From positions 1 through 50,220 of the IMG/VR virus record IMGVR_UViG_3300048852_000106: 50,220 bases of DNA; one strand, 5' to 3'. The notes under the pieces are model-generated. The model did no database searches. It had not been told where the DNA came from and was given only the letters and a program-made list of their open reading frames with translations. Below, piece by piece: positions 36,611 through 45,511 of this stretch. How positions within the stretch are numbered: position 1 is the first letter of the stretch; each line of letters starts with the position of its first letter. Position numbers and translations under genes: made by a program. Origin of the DNA: a virus (lineage: Duplodnaviria > Caudoviricetes).

Positions 36611-37702
36611 TCACACCTCCAGCCGCTGGACGCGGAACATGAACTTGTTCACGGTCACAAGGTCGATGCCGATAGCCGCCAGCTTGCGGCGCATGACGCT
36701 GAAGTGGTCCTTCATGGCGTCGCCTCGCGGCCAGGGGCCGACGTCCCGAAGCGTATCCACGTCGTAGGTGTTGCCGTCGACCATCCGCTCCATCGAGCGG
36801 GCGAAGGGTCTGACGACATCGACCGAACCCCAAGGGCCGTGGATCTTCAGAGCATCTACATCGACCACCATGATCTTGTCGGCGTCGAAGCCGGAGATCG
36901 GCGTGACACGGGCCTCCTCTGTCGGCGTCTCAGCGGGCTTTGCTTTCGGGGCCGGAGCCGGAACGCTGGGGATGCGTAGGCGCGTGGGGCCTTCGTCCTC
37001 TTCGAACCTCGGCACCCGGCGGAAGACTCGCGTTTCGGGCTGCTCGGACTGAACCGGCTCTGCTGGTTCCTGAGGCTCAGGCGCCGATTCATCGACGGGC
37101 ACGATGACCGTCTCGACGACCTCAGCACCGTCCTCATCGCCTTCCTGTGGCTCCGGCGCTTCAGCGCGCCGGGCAGCATCACCCTTCACCACACGAGGAT
37201 CGCTGGCCTTCCGCCCCATCGCCAGATAGGAGCCGACGCTGGAACGATTCATATCAAGCTGACGCGCCATCTCTGCTGGTGTGAGCGTCGTCTCGCCGTA
37301 GAGGTCCAGGACCTTCTGGCATGCTGGAGACGCTGGCACATAGTGCTTCAGCGGAATGCGGATATACGGCTCTTCTTCTAGACCTTCAGCAGCAGGCTCC
37401 AAAGGAGGTTCCATGATAGCGGGCGCAGATTCCATGGTATCGCTGCGGCCATCCATGTTATCTGGCGAGGAAGGTTGCAGCTGGTCTTCTGATAGCCCAA
37501 TCGCATCAGCGACTGCGCTCAGGACACCCTCTGAATACTCCTCAAAGGGCACGACCACCTGGCGCGTCGCCAGCTGCTGCGCGAGGCGGCTCACCCTGCC
37601 CTGCAGATCGGAGAGCTCGCTGTTGATGGCAAGAATCTCGGCCAAGACAGCAGCATCGGAATCGTGCGGCTCAACAGCCTGAAGAACGGATTGGAGCGTC
37701 AT
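36611..37702 (-). CDS. Hypothetical protein with internal HTH
   Basis: LTPAEMARQLDMNRSSVGSYL; acidic, Pro-rich linkers. Confidence 0.65.
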   Translation of the reverse strand: MTLQSVLQAVEPHDSDAAVLAEILAINSELSDLQGRVSRLAQQLATRQVVVPFEEYSEGVLSAVADAIGLSEDQLQPSSPDNMDGRSDTMESAPAIMEPPLEPAAEGLEEEPYIRIPLKHYVPASPACQKVLDLYGETTLTPAEMARQLDMNRSSVGSYLAMGRKASDPRVVKGDAARRAEAPEPQEGDEDGAEVVETVIVPVDESAPEPQEPAEPVQSEQPETRVFRRVPRFEEDEGPTRLRIPSVPAPAPKAKPAETPTEEARVTPISGFDADKIMVVDVDALKIHGPWGSVDVVRPFARSMERMVDGNTYDVDTLRDVGPWPRGDAMKDHFSVMRRKLAAIGIDLVTVNKFMFRVQRLEV

Positions 37703-38109
37703 TCTGCAGCCTCGGCTTGGATCTTGGGTTTACGATTGCGGTAGGTGTAGCGGCGCTTGGGGCGGGCTTCCTTCCCCAGATCCTTCATGATCGTCTGCAT
37801 GGATCGATCAAGGTAGGATCGTGAAATGCGCTGCATTGCCGCCGCCGGAGAAAGCCCCATCACGCCAGCAACTCTGACCAACGTCTCATGATCACGCTTG
37901 CGGATATGGCATTGGACGAATCTCGTCCCGCCAGGTCCCGCAAGCCGTATGCCCTCCTTCCTGGCGATACGCTCGATCCGCTTCGGATGCTGGTCGAGAG
38001 CCTTGCCAATGTCATCGGCCGAAAGCCCTTCGCGGGCCAGGATCGTGATCTTCGGCACGAGCTGGCTCCAGCTCATCGGCGGCCTCGGTTGCGTTGGTTG
38101 GCTGTCCAT
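37699..38109 (-). CDS. Hypothetical DNA-binding protein
   Basis: GLSADDIGKALDQHPKRIERI HTH-like segment. Confidence 0.6.
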   Translation of the reverse strand: MDSQPTQPRPPMSWSQLVPKITILAREGLSADDIGKALDQHPKRIERIARKEGIRLAGPGGTRFVQCHIRKRDHETLVRVAGVMGLSPAAAMQRISRSYLDRSMQTIMKDLGKEARPKRRYTYRNRKPKIQAEAAE

Positions 38110-38398
38110 TGCTAGCCCTCGTGATCGCCGCCTCTTTCAGGGCATTGCGAAAGGTCGTGATGAGATCTCTGGTGAATTGCGTGTCGCCCATCGCATGGAG
38201 GCGCTCGAAGAGCATGCGGGTGGCGTAGAAGACGTCGGCTCGATTGAGTTGCTCTTCCGATGCGGACCTGAGGAAGCGTTCCACCCTCACCCGCTCGGAG
38301 CCTCTGATGTCACCGTCGCGATCGGTGTAGAAGATCGCTAGGTATTGGCAGATCTCGCCTCCGCGACACGCCGCCAGCTCATTCGGAGGGACAGTCAT
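38012..38398 (-). CDS. Hypothetical protein
   Basis: ATGA-coupled to the upstream gene. Confidence 0.45.
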   Translation of the reverse strand: MTVPPNELAACRGGEICQYLAIFYTDRDGDIRGSERVRVERFLRSASEEQLNRADVFYATRMLFERLHAMGDTQFTRDLITTFRNALKEAAITRASNGQPTNATEAADELEPARAEDHDPGPRRAFGR

Positions 38399-38943
38399 GC
38401 TGCTATCTTCCGGTAATGGAATGGCTTCACGTCCGGCACGAGCAGGCCGAGCTGTGTGGCCCGCCAGTGAGCGACGGCGCCGGCGTCAGACTCGTCGTAG
38501 TTGTTGCAGTCCCACCCGATCTCACGGCAGACCTTGCGCACGAGGCGCTTCGCCTCGTCACCCTTGAGATTCCCGTGCCCGATGAAATGTTTCCGGACGG
38601 TCGAGATCCTTGCGCCCACGACACGGACATCCTTGAGGCCCATTGGGCCCAGCAATGCGCCCAAGAGGATGAACTTCAGGGAGGTCGTATTGGCGTTGGT
38701 CCGACCTTGAAGTCCGCCTTCCACTGGTGCCTCAATAACGATCTCCCTGACAGGCCGGAGAGATTGATCTCCTAGCCGCCTAGCGATGAAACGCGTGGCG
38801 CGCGCTGCCTTGCGCCGCCAAGCATCGAACCCCTCCTCATCCTCTGCCCCAAGACGTTCCGTGCTGAAGATTGGCGAATAGCCAATCGTCCAGTCACAGA
38901 CGCCCATGTTGCTCGCTACATCGAGGCCGAGTATCGTGGTCAT
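38395..38943 (-). CDS. RuvC-like Holliday junction resolvase
   Basis: ILGLD, IVIE, TVRKHFIG.G...K and DESDA acidic catalytic pattern. Confidence 0.8.
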   Translation of the reverse strand: MTTILGLDVASNMGVCDWTIGYSPIFSTERLGAEDEEGFDAWRRKAARATRFIARRLGDQSLRPVREIVIEAPVEGGLQGRTNANTTSLKFILLGALLGPMGLKDVRVVGARISTVRKHFIGHGNLKGDEAKRLVRKVCREIGWDCNNYDESDAGAVAHWRATQLGLLVPDVKPFHYRKIAA

Positions 38944-38945
38944 GA

Positions 38946-39356
38946 TCAGTCCGCCAGATCGTCCACGAGCTCGCCATCTGCCTTGCGCCGCTCATCGGCA
39001 TCAACGGCAGCCTTGCCCAGCGGAAGGTCTGCATAGTCTCCAAGCGCCTCACGGATGAGCACAGCCTGATCGGCGTCATCTGCCTCAAGCTCGGAGCGCA
39101 GCTCTTCGATCTTGTGAGCCAGCTTACGGGCCTTCAGCTCGACCTTCAGAGGCTTCAGCGGGATTCCGCGTGCCTTCGCCTCGGTCATGACGCCCTTGCG
39201 ATCCTCGGCGAGGTCGCGGCACCGCTTCATGAACTTGCCGCGCTCTGATGCAAGCGTGGCGTCCAGCTCGTCCAGGCGGCCTACGATGTCCTGAAGCACG
39301 TCAGGATCAAAGCCATTTGATACAGGTTGAGCAGCTTTCCGCTTGCCACGGGGCAT
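38946..39356 (-). CDS. GapR/DUF2312-like DNA-binding protein
   Basis: LQDIVGRLDEL...EDRKGVMTEAKARG...LK...Y...LPLG. Confidence 0.65.
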   Translation of the reverse strand: MPRGKRKAAQPVSNGFDPDVLQDIVGRLDELDATLASERGKFMKRCRDLAEDRKGVMTEAKARGIPLKPLKVELKARKLAHKIEELRSELEADDADQAVLIREALGDYADLPLGKAAVDADERRKADGELVDDLAD

Positions 39357-39359
39357 GGG

Positions 39360-39617
39360 CTATCCTTTCAGTGCGTTGTTGGCTTGGGTCAGAAGAAAAG
39401 GCTTGGCAGACTGGTCTGCCTTCCGCTGAAAGGTGCCGTAGGTCGCCTCTGGTCCTACGGCTGCGAGAAGCTCGTCACGAATGCCCTCAAGCCAGCCCTC
39501 AGCTACGACGCCAGCCGCGCAGCAGCCGTGCTGCCGGCGGATCACGGCCAGACGCTCACGTGTCTGAGCACGTGCCATTTCGTAGAGGGAGCCGGCGCCA
39601 GACATCGCGCCGCTCAA
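39360..39617 (-). CDS. Hypothetical protein
   Basis: Coupled ORF in the early-right operon. Confidence 0.55.
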   Translation of the reverse strand: MSGAMSGAGSLYEMARAQTRERLAVIRRQHGCCAAGVVAEGWLEGIRDELLAAVGPEATYGTFQRKADQSAKPFLLTQANNALKG

Positions 39618-40105
39618 GCCCGCTTACGGTCGATCGACGCGATGGTTCCCGCGCGGCCGAGATCGGCCTCAAAGTTCGCGATCGCCTCGTAGCCCTCGCG
39701 GATCTGCGTCTTGATCGCCTCGATTTCAGCCGCAGAGATCGTGCCATCCGCTTTTGCCTGGGCGATGCCGCCAACGAGGTCAGACAGCTCCTTCGCGATG
39801 CAGGCCAGGTGCTGGTCGAAGTCGACGCTCCTGGTCGCCGCCTTCTTGGGAACCATTACATGACCGGCCTGATCGGCCAGCACGCGAGTGACGATAGGCT
39901 CACCGACATGGGCTTCGAGATCCCGGATGACATCCACCGGCGCGAACATCTGCTCGTTCGGATTGCCGTAGCGCGAGAGCCGCGCCGGATCTGTCCGGGT
40001 GATGTTCTGGGCCGCATAAACCGGCCCGCCCGCTGCCTTCAGCAGGTCGCGATAGGCGGCCTTGAGGACCAGGTGATCGTCTCCGAGGAGGTTCCGGGTG
40101 TTCAT
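39614..40105 (-). CDS. CII-family phage regulatory protein
   Basis: LKAAYRDLLKAAGG...LSRYGNPNE...PVDVIRDLE...DGTISAAE; follows cro. Confidence 0.75.
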   Translation of the reverse strand: MNTRNLLGDDHLVLKAAYRDLLKAAGGPVYAAQNITRTDPARLSRYGNPNEQMFAPVDVIRDLEAHVGEPIVTRVLADQAGHVMVPKKAATRSVDFDQHLACIAKELSDLVGGIAQAKADGTISAAEIEAIKTQIREGYEAIANFEADLGRAGTIASIDRKRA

Positions 40106-40191
40106 GCAATGGATCCTTGAAGGATTGTTTTGTCAGTACGGCCCCGGTTCGGCATGCTTGGAGCATCGAAAGGGGGCGGACATGGCTGGAA

Positions 40192-40452
40192 CTAAGAAAC
40201 AGTTTCCGATGACGACACAGGACGAGGCTCAGGGCGCCGAGGCCCTTCGGGCCAGGGCGCCCCGTCTGGCCAGTTGTCGGAGAACCACTGCATGGCGGTC
40301 TCAAGACGCCGTGTTGTCAGGTCCGCTCCATCGTCGAGGCGCGACAGAACCTTTCCGTCGCCAAAAACGATTGTTGAGACGCGCGATAAGCTCAGGCCTT
40401 GCGCACTCGCGAAAGCCTTTGCGGTTTGGAGAAGGTGGCGAACGAGTGTCAT
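40192..40452 (-). CDS. cro: Cro-like repressor
   Basis: Small HTH protein (LSLSRVSTIVFGDGK...WFSDNWP) divergent from cI. Confidence 0.8.
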   Translation of the reverse strand: MTLVRHLLQTAKAFASAQGLSLSRVSTIVFGDGKVLSRLDDGADLTTRRLETAMQWFSDNWPDGAPWPEGPRRPEPRPVSSSETVS

Positions 40453-40466
40453 GATTATCGGATCAT

Positions 40467-40540
40467 GCGATACATATACCGCGCCGTCAACGATAATCTT
40501 ACCGCTACTGCAGAACCCGATCTCGCGGTTACATTACCGC
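40467..40540. promoter_or_regulatory. OR region: three 16-bp operators plus divergent promoters
   Basis: GCGATACATATACCGC 40467-82, ACGATAATCTTACCGC 40490-505, GCGGTTACATTACCGC 40525-40; TTGACG-17-CATGAT on the - strand. Confidence 0.75.
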
Positions 40541-41317
40541 ATGACCGGTAATGATCTTGTCTCTCGAATCGAGAAGCGCCTGAAAGCAGTCGACAAATCG
40601 GCCCGAGCCGCCTCCTTGGAAGCGGGTCTCAGCGACGCGTTTGTGCGCAACATTCTCACTGGCAAGTCGAAGTCACCCCGTGTGGAAAACTTCGACGTTC
40701 TGGCTCAGGTCCTCGGAACCACTGCGGACTGGCTGCTGAAAGGCGAAGGGCCAGAGGTGGTTGCGATCGTAGAAGCAAAAACCTGGGTACCGTCGGATCG
40801 CGGGAGCGATGGCGCTAAGCGGGGCGCCTCGACGCCTGATGCCGATCCCGATGTGGATCTCTCAAAAGCGGATCACCTTCCGAGCCTGCCCAACTTCGGC
40901 GGCCCTCGGGATGTGCCGGTTCTCGGTACCGCCGTCGGCGGTGGCGATGAGGATGGCGACTTCCGGTTCAATGGGGAGCAGATCGATAGCGCACCCCGGC
41001 CACCAGGCATCGCAAAGCGCCGAGATGTTTTCTGCCTCTATGTCGAAAACGACAGCATGTTTCCGAAGTTTGAGCCGGGAGACAGACTGTATTTAGATCC
41101 GAACCGGAAGGCCAAGACAGGAGAATACATTGTCGTGGAACTGCAGCCACGGAGCGAAGGTGAAGCAGGTCGAGGCTATATCAAGCGCCTTGTAAAGCAG
41201 ACACCAACAAAGCTCATCGTTTCGCAGTTCAATCCACCTAAAGAACTTGAGTTTGACTTGGACGAGGTAAAAAAGACCTATCGGGTCATCCCGCAGGACG
41301 AACTACTCGGGATCTGA
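40541..41317 (+). CDS. cI: CI-like repressor (HTH plus S24 autopeptidase); start revised to ATG at 40541
   Basis: N-terminal HTH, VENDSMFP catalytic Ser, YIKRL catalytic Lys. Confidence 0.92.
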   Translation: MTGNDLVSRIEKRLKAVDKSARAASLEAGLSDAFVRNILTGKSKSPRVENFDVLAQVLGTTADWLLKGEGPEVVAIVEAKTWVPSDRGSDGAKRGASTPDADPDVDLSKADHLPSLPNFGGPRDVPVLGTAVGGGDEDGDFRFNGEQIDSAPRPPGIAKRRDVFCLYVENDSMFPKFEPGDRLYLDPNRKAKTGEYIVVELQPRSEGEAGRGYIKRLVKQTPTKLIVSQFNPPKELEFDLDEVKKTYRVIPQDELLGI

Positions 41318-41320
41318 TGT

Positions 41321-41656
41321 TTACTGGAAGAGCGAGCGGCGGGGCGGCATCATCGGTGCCGCCCTTTGCTTTTGCGGGGTGGGCTGCTCAGCCTGAGGCG
41401 AGAGCTTGCTCCTAGCGGCCTCAACAGTGGCCGGCATGATGTCAGCCTTGACATGAAGCTCGTTGAGCAGTTCGGAATCAGAAGCCGCATAATCCAGCAC
41501 CGCCGGCAGGAACAGCGGCAACTTGGCCGCCTCCCTCAGGCTGGTTACCTCAAGGCCTGTCATTCCCAGAAAGCGCCCCAACTTGTCCGAGTCCGACCCA
41601 ATGAACTCGAGGATCCGGATGGCCAGCATCTCGGCGTCGCTAGCTGCTGCAATCAT
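41321..41656 (-). CDS. DUF3572-like protein
   Basis: LAIRILEFI...LGRFLGMTG...LR...FLPAVLDY...D..LL. Confidence 0.75.
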   Translation of the reverse strand: MIAAASDAEMLAIRILEFIGSDSDKLGRFLGMTGLEVTSLREAAKLPLFLPAVLDYAASDSELLNELHVKADIMPATVEAARSKLSPQAEQPTPQKQRAAPMMPPRRSLFQ

Positions 41657-41898
41657 ACTCGTCCTCCTGCATCCCTTGAGAACTCGGGCTCGATGATCCT
41701 GATGTTCCGACCCTTGCCGTCGCGTTCACTACAGGCACTACAACGTAGCTTGGTCCCAAGCTGGTGAAAGGACTTGATGCCCCCTTCATCCAGCTGGACG
41801 AGCCGCCAGCGCTGTAGCCTTCGGGTTCTTCCACAGTCATCACAAGCGACGTCTAATGCCCTAACGGACAGCAGTTCACCCCCAACCCAACGCCCCAT
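41653..41898 (-). CDS. Zinc-ribbon protein (two CxxC)
   Basis: CDDCGR...LRCSAC. Confidence 0.7.
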   Translation of the reverse strand: MGRWVGGELLSVRALDVACDDCGRTRRLQRWRLVQLDEGGIKSFHQLGTKLRCSACSERDGKGRNIRIIEPEFSRDAGGRV

Positions 41899-41910
41899 TA
41901 CAGCCCTGCC

Positions 41911-41925
41911 GTTCTCCTAATGTTC
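41911..41925. promoter_or_regulatory. Alphaproteobacterial LexA (SOS) box
   Basis: GTTC-TCCTAAT-GTTC, 12 nt upstream of ATG 41898. Confidence 0.75.
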
Positions 41926-42251
41926 TAAAAGTGAGTTAACCGTTGGAGAGAGTCGAGACGGCTCAGAAGTTGTCCCTGTTTTCCACAGGCGAGGACGTCG
42001 GACCCGGGAATGGCAGCCCTTGAAGGCCGCCATTTGCATGGCTCAGGCCTTTCCTGCGCGCGTAGAATTACTACACGCGTACGTGGGGTATAGTACTAAA
42101 CTAATATAACTACACGCCCCTATAGATCGCCGACGGTAAGCTAGTGGGGCGCCGCTTAAGGCGGCACACCTCGGATCCCTTGGCGCAAGGTTCCAGAACT
42201 GCGGTTCCGCGCGCGAGGCCAACTGCAAATCGGAAGCACCACTTTCGACAT

Positions 42252-42303
42252 GCGGTATTTCTATCTCATACCGGTTGACGCGGTACTTTTATCGCGGTAC
42301 GGT
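42252..42303 (+). promoter_or_regulatory. PL-like promoter with OL operators
   Basis: TTGACG(42275)-17-TACGGT; operators GCGGTATTTCTATCTC 42252-67 and GCGGTACTTTTATCGC 42280-95. Confidence 0.72.
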
Positions 42304-42328
42304 TCTCCCATCCAAGCGGAGATACCGA

Positions 42329-42559
42329 ATGCCCGCCCGGCTCACCTACCCCACCCCACTCGCCTACCTTCCGCTCGAAACCATGGCAGCCATCGTCGCC
42401 GCCAGCGGGCTCGACGTGGCGGATGATGCGATCTGCATCCAGATCCTCGTCGGCAGCGGCTTCGCTCATCATCAATTCCTTCCGAGTCTCGAACTGATCC
42501 AGGACCGGGCGCGCACCCTTCGTTGCGAGTGGGCCCCTGCCCTTCCGGAGGCTGCATGA
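42329..42559 (+). CDS. Hypothetical early protein
   Basis: GGAG RBS; first ORF after PL. Confidence 0.6.
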   Translation: MPARLTYPTPLAYLPLETMAAIVAASGLDVADDAICIQILVGSGFAHHQFLPSLELIQDRARTLRCEWAPALPEAA

Positions 42560-42765
42560 TGGCCACCGTCGGCACAATCATAATCGCCATCATCGGCTAC
42601 GGCGCCGCTCTGCTGTGCGGGTACGCCACGGTCGTATCGATTATCAAGGCAGTGCGTGGTCCGACGGCCGTAGACCGCCGTGAAGATCTCGTCGCAGCCT
42701 TCGTCGGAACAGCCCTCACGCTCTTCATCGCGGTCATCACTCGCGGCTTAGTTGGGAGCCTGTGA
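42556..42765 (+). CDS. Small two-TM membrane protein
   Basis: ATGA coupling; GGAGG RBS. Confidence 0.6.
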   Translation: MMATVGTIIIAIIGYGAALLCGYATVVSIIKAVRGPTAVDRREDLVAAFVGTALTLFIAVITRGLVGSL

Positions 42766-42983
42766 TGCGGATCCAGCGGAAGATCAACTGGGCCGGCGCG
42801 ATGCGCGACATGCGCAACGAGCGGCACCCACAGAACCGGCTCGCCAGTGACTTATTGGCCGCCTTGAAGGACCTCCTGGCCCAAGTCGATGCGCGGTGCG
42901 GTGGCCGGGCTGAAGGCAACTCTGAGCTCGTGCGCGCCGCCGACCAGGCGCGAGCAGTCATCACCAAAGTGGAGGGTCACTAA
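42762..42983 (+). CDS. Hypothetical protein
   Basis: DLLAALKDLL...ARAVITK pattern common in small phage early proteins. Confidence 0.6.
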   Translation: MMRIQRKINWAGAMRDMRNERHPQNRLASDLLAALKDLLAQVDARCGGRAEGNSELVRAADQARAVITKVEGH

Positions 42984-43211
42984 ATGCTGTCTCGCGAATT
43001 CTGCATTGCCCTGCTGTCTGATCACGATGACCTCGTTGAGGGCGGTCCGCTCGATCTCGCCTACGACGCGGTCGTCGCCGTGCTCGGCTGGGACGCCTTC
43101 ACCGACGAGGCGCTGTCCATGATGGCGTCCGAGATCCTCCGCGTCTCTGGCCTGATGCCTGACGCGGACCCTGTCACGACCATCCTCATGACATCGCCGC
43201 GGAGGCACTGA
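42984..43211 (+). CDS. Hypothetical protein
   Basis: Abuts its neighbours; GGAGG RBS. Confidence 0.55.
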   Translation: MLSREFCIALLSDHDDLVEGGPLDLAYDAVVAVLGWDAFTDEALSMMASEILRVSGLMPDADPVTTILMTSPRRH

Positions 43212-43303
43212 TGCTTCGTCAGGGAAACGAAGGCTGGGCGGTGCTCGGCTGCACCATCGGCGCGATCGCCTTTCTCATCATCGTCGGAGCACTGCTGCAA
43301 TGA
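43211..43303 (+). CDS. 30-aa single-TM peptide
   Basis: MLRQGNEGWAVLGCTIGAIAFLIIVGALLQ; TGATG and ATGA coupling. Confidence 0.5.
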   Translation: MLRQGNEGWAVLGCTIGAIAFLIIVGALLQ

Positions 43304-44226
43304 TCGAGCGTATCCCCGCCACCGATCGCGCGTCTTGGCTTGCCCTGCGCTCGCAAGACGTGACTGCCAGCAGCGCCGCGGCCCTGTTGAATGTGCATCC
43401 CTTCATGACGGCTTATGAGCTGTGGGCCCTCAAGTCAGGCCGGATCAGCGAGGACGCTGAGATGACGCCGGCGATGGAGCGCGGGCAGCTGCTCGAGCCC
43501 GTCGCCGTTACCCTGCTCCGCCGTGATCGTCGGGGTTGGGACGTCCGGCACAACACGCTGCCCAAGCAGGTCTATTACCGGGACGCCGCCGTGCGGCTCG
43601 GTGCGACCCCTGATGTCATCGCCATGGATCCGGAGCGCGGAATCGGCGTCGTTCAGGTGAAGACGGTAGAGCCCGGCATCTTCCGCCAGAAGTGGCATGA
43701 CGACGACGGCGCGCTGCAGCCGCCACTTTGGATCGTCATCCAGGCCATCATCGAAGCAAAGCTCACCGGGTCGTCCTGGGCGGCTGTGGCGCCGCTGGTC
43801 GTGGGTTTCGGCGTCGAGATGCCGATCATCGATATCCCAGTTCACGATGGCATCTACGAGCGCATCGCTGGCGAGGTTAAGGCGTTCTGGCAGCGCATTA
43901 CCGACGGCGTCGAGCCGGATCCTGATTACTCACGGGACGATGCTCTGCTCAGCCAACTCGGCCGCGGCACCAACGGCGAGCAGATCGATCTGTCCGCCGA
44001 CAACATGATGCCTAGCCTGCTCGAGGAGCGAGCCGAGCTGAAGAGCCGGATCAAGCTCGACACCGACAGATGCAAGGAGATCGACGGCGAGATCGTCGCC
44101 AAGATCGGTCCGCACGAGAGCGCCTTTGTCCCGGGCTGGAAGATCGCCCGGCCGCTGATCTCCCGCAAAGGGTACTCGGTCGAGCCCACCCAGTTCCGTC
44201 AGCTCAAAATCTCCCAGTCCAAGTGA
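43300..44226 (+). CDS. YqaJ-like viral recombinase exonuclease
   Basis: WLALR...TASSAAALL...MERG..LEP...GATPD...QVKT. Confidence 0.9.
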   Translation: MIERIPATDRASWLALRSQDVTASSAAALLNVHPFMTAYELWALKSGRISEDAEMTPAMERGQLLEPVAVTLLRRDRRGWDVRHNTLPKQVYYRDAAVRLGATPDVIAMDPERGIGVVQVKTVEPGIFRQKWHDDDGALQPPLWIVIQAIIEAKLTGSSWAAVAPLVVGFGVEMPIIDIPVHDGIYERIAGEVKAFWQRITDGVEPDPDYSRDDALLSQLGRGTNGEQIDLSADNMMPSLLEERAELKSRIKLDTDRCKEIDGEIVAKIGPHESAFVPGWKIARPLISRKGYSVEPTQFRQLKISQSK

Positions 44227-44236
44227 AAGGCTGCCC

Positions 44237-45508
44237 ATGTCCGCAGGTACTCAAGTTCAGACCACCCGTCAGCCGCGCGAGATCGACGTCGTCCGTGACC
44301 AGCTGACCAGCCTTGAAGGGCAGCTTGAGGCTGCCCTACCGGCCCATATCCCGGTCGAGCGCTTCAATCGCGTCGTGATGACTGCGATTCAGGGCAACAT
44401 CGATCTTCTCCGCTGTGACCGGAAGTCCCTCTTCAACGCCTGCATGAAGGCCGCCCAGGACGGACTTCTGCCGGACGGCCGCGAGGGCGCCATCGTTCCC
44501 TACAAGGGCGAGGCGTCTTGGATGCCGATGATCGGAGGCATCCGCAAGAAGGTGCGCAATAGCGGCGACATCGCATCGTGGGATGTGCATGCCGTCTATG
44601 AAAACGATCATTTCGAATTCGAGCTCGGCGACGATCCCTACATCAAGCACCGCCCGGCCCTCAGCAATAAGGGGAAGCTCATCGCGGTCTACTCCGTGGC
44701 CGTCCTGAAGGGTGGCGAGAAGTCGCGCGACGTGATGTCGATCGAGGACGTGGAGAAGATCCGCGCGAAGTCCCGATCGAAGAACGGACCGTGGGCCGAT
44801 CCGACGTTCTATCCAGAGATGGCAAAGAAGACAGTCGCTCGCCGGCACTCTAAGGTCCTGCCCATGTCGTCCGACTTGGACGATCTGATCCGGCGCGATG
44901 ACGATCTGTACGACCTGAAGGGTGCCAGCGATGCCGAGGTGAAGGGCCCGCGTCTTTCGATGACGGCGGCGCTTGACCAGTTGGCTGCGCCGAGCATTGA
45001 TCGCACGGCTCAGGGACAGGATGAGGATCAGAACCCCGAAGCGCCGGTTGACGCTGGCGCGGAAGGCGAGACGGCCGAGGGCACAGGTAGCGGCGTACAG
45101 CCCTCGGCCGCCACTGATTTCCCGGGCGACCAGCCTGTGGGAGCGACACCGGACTTTGAGGCTCTTCTGGCCGAGTTCGAGCGCGACGCCGTTAATGCCA
45201 CCACCGAGCAGGAACTCGGCGAGATCGCTGCGGATCTGCGCAAGGCCATGGACGATCATCAGCCGTCCCGCGCCTTCCAGATCAAGGCCGCCAACGCTTG
45301 GCAGGACCACATTGACCGCATCAACCAGCTCCCGCGCTCGTCCGAGCAGGAGACCAGCGGCGTCGACACCAATGATCCGGACTACCAGAAAGGCTTCAGT
45401 GATGCCGCGCGCGGTGCGTCGAAGTGCCTGAAGTCGGACATTCGGGACAACCCCGAGCGGCACGCCAAGTGGCAGGCCGGCTTCAACGCTCAGAAGGCGG
45501 AGGGCTGA
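44237..45508 (+). CDS. recT: RecT-family single-strand annealing protein with long C-terminal extension
   Basis: ALPAHI..ERF...AAQDGLLPD...IVPY...GPW...EMAKKTVARR..K.LP. Confidence 0.92.
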   Translation: MSAGTQVQTTRQPREIDVVRDQLTSLEGQLEAALPAHIPVERFNRVVMTAIQGNIDLLRCDRKSLFNACMKAAQDGLLPDGREGAIVPYKGEASWMPMIGGIRKKVRNSGDIASWDVHAVYENDHFEFELGDDPYIKHRPALSNKGKLIAVYSVAVLKGGEKSRDVMSIEDVEKIRAKSRSKNGPWADPTFYPEMAKKTVARRHSKVLPMSSDLDDLIRRDDDLYDLKGASDAEVKGPRLSMTAALDQLAAPSIDRTAQGQDEDQNPEAPVDAGAEGETAEGTGSGVQPSAATDFPGDQPVGATPDFEALLAEFERDAVNATTEQELGEIAADLRKAMDDHQPSRAFQIKAANAWQDHIDRINQLPRSSEQETSGVDTNDPDYQKGFSDAARGASKCLKSDIRDNPERHAKWQAGFNAQKAEG

Positions 45509-45511
45509 TCG

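Noticed and set aside
41979-41987. DnaA box-like TTTTCCACA
   Set aside because: Single imperfect copy; not enough to call an origin
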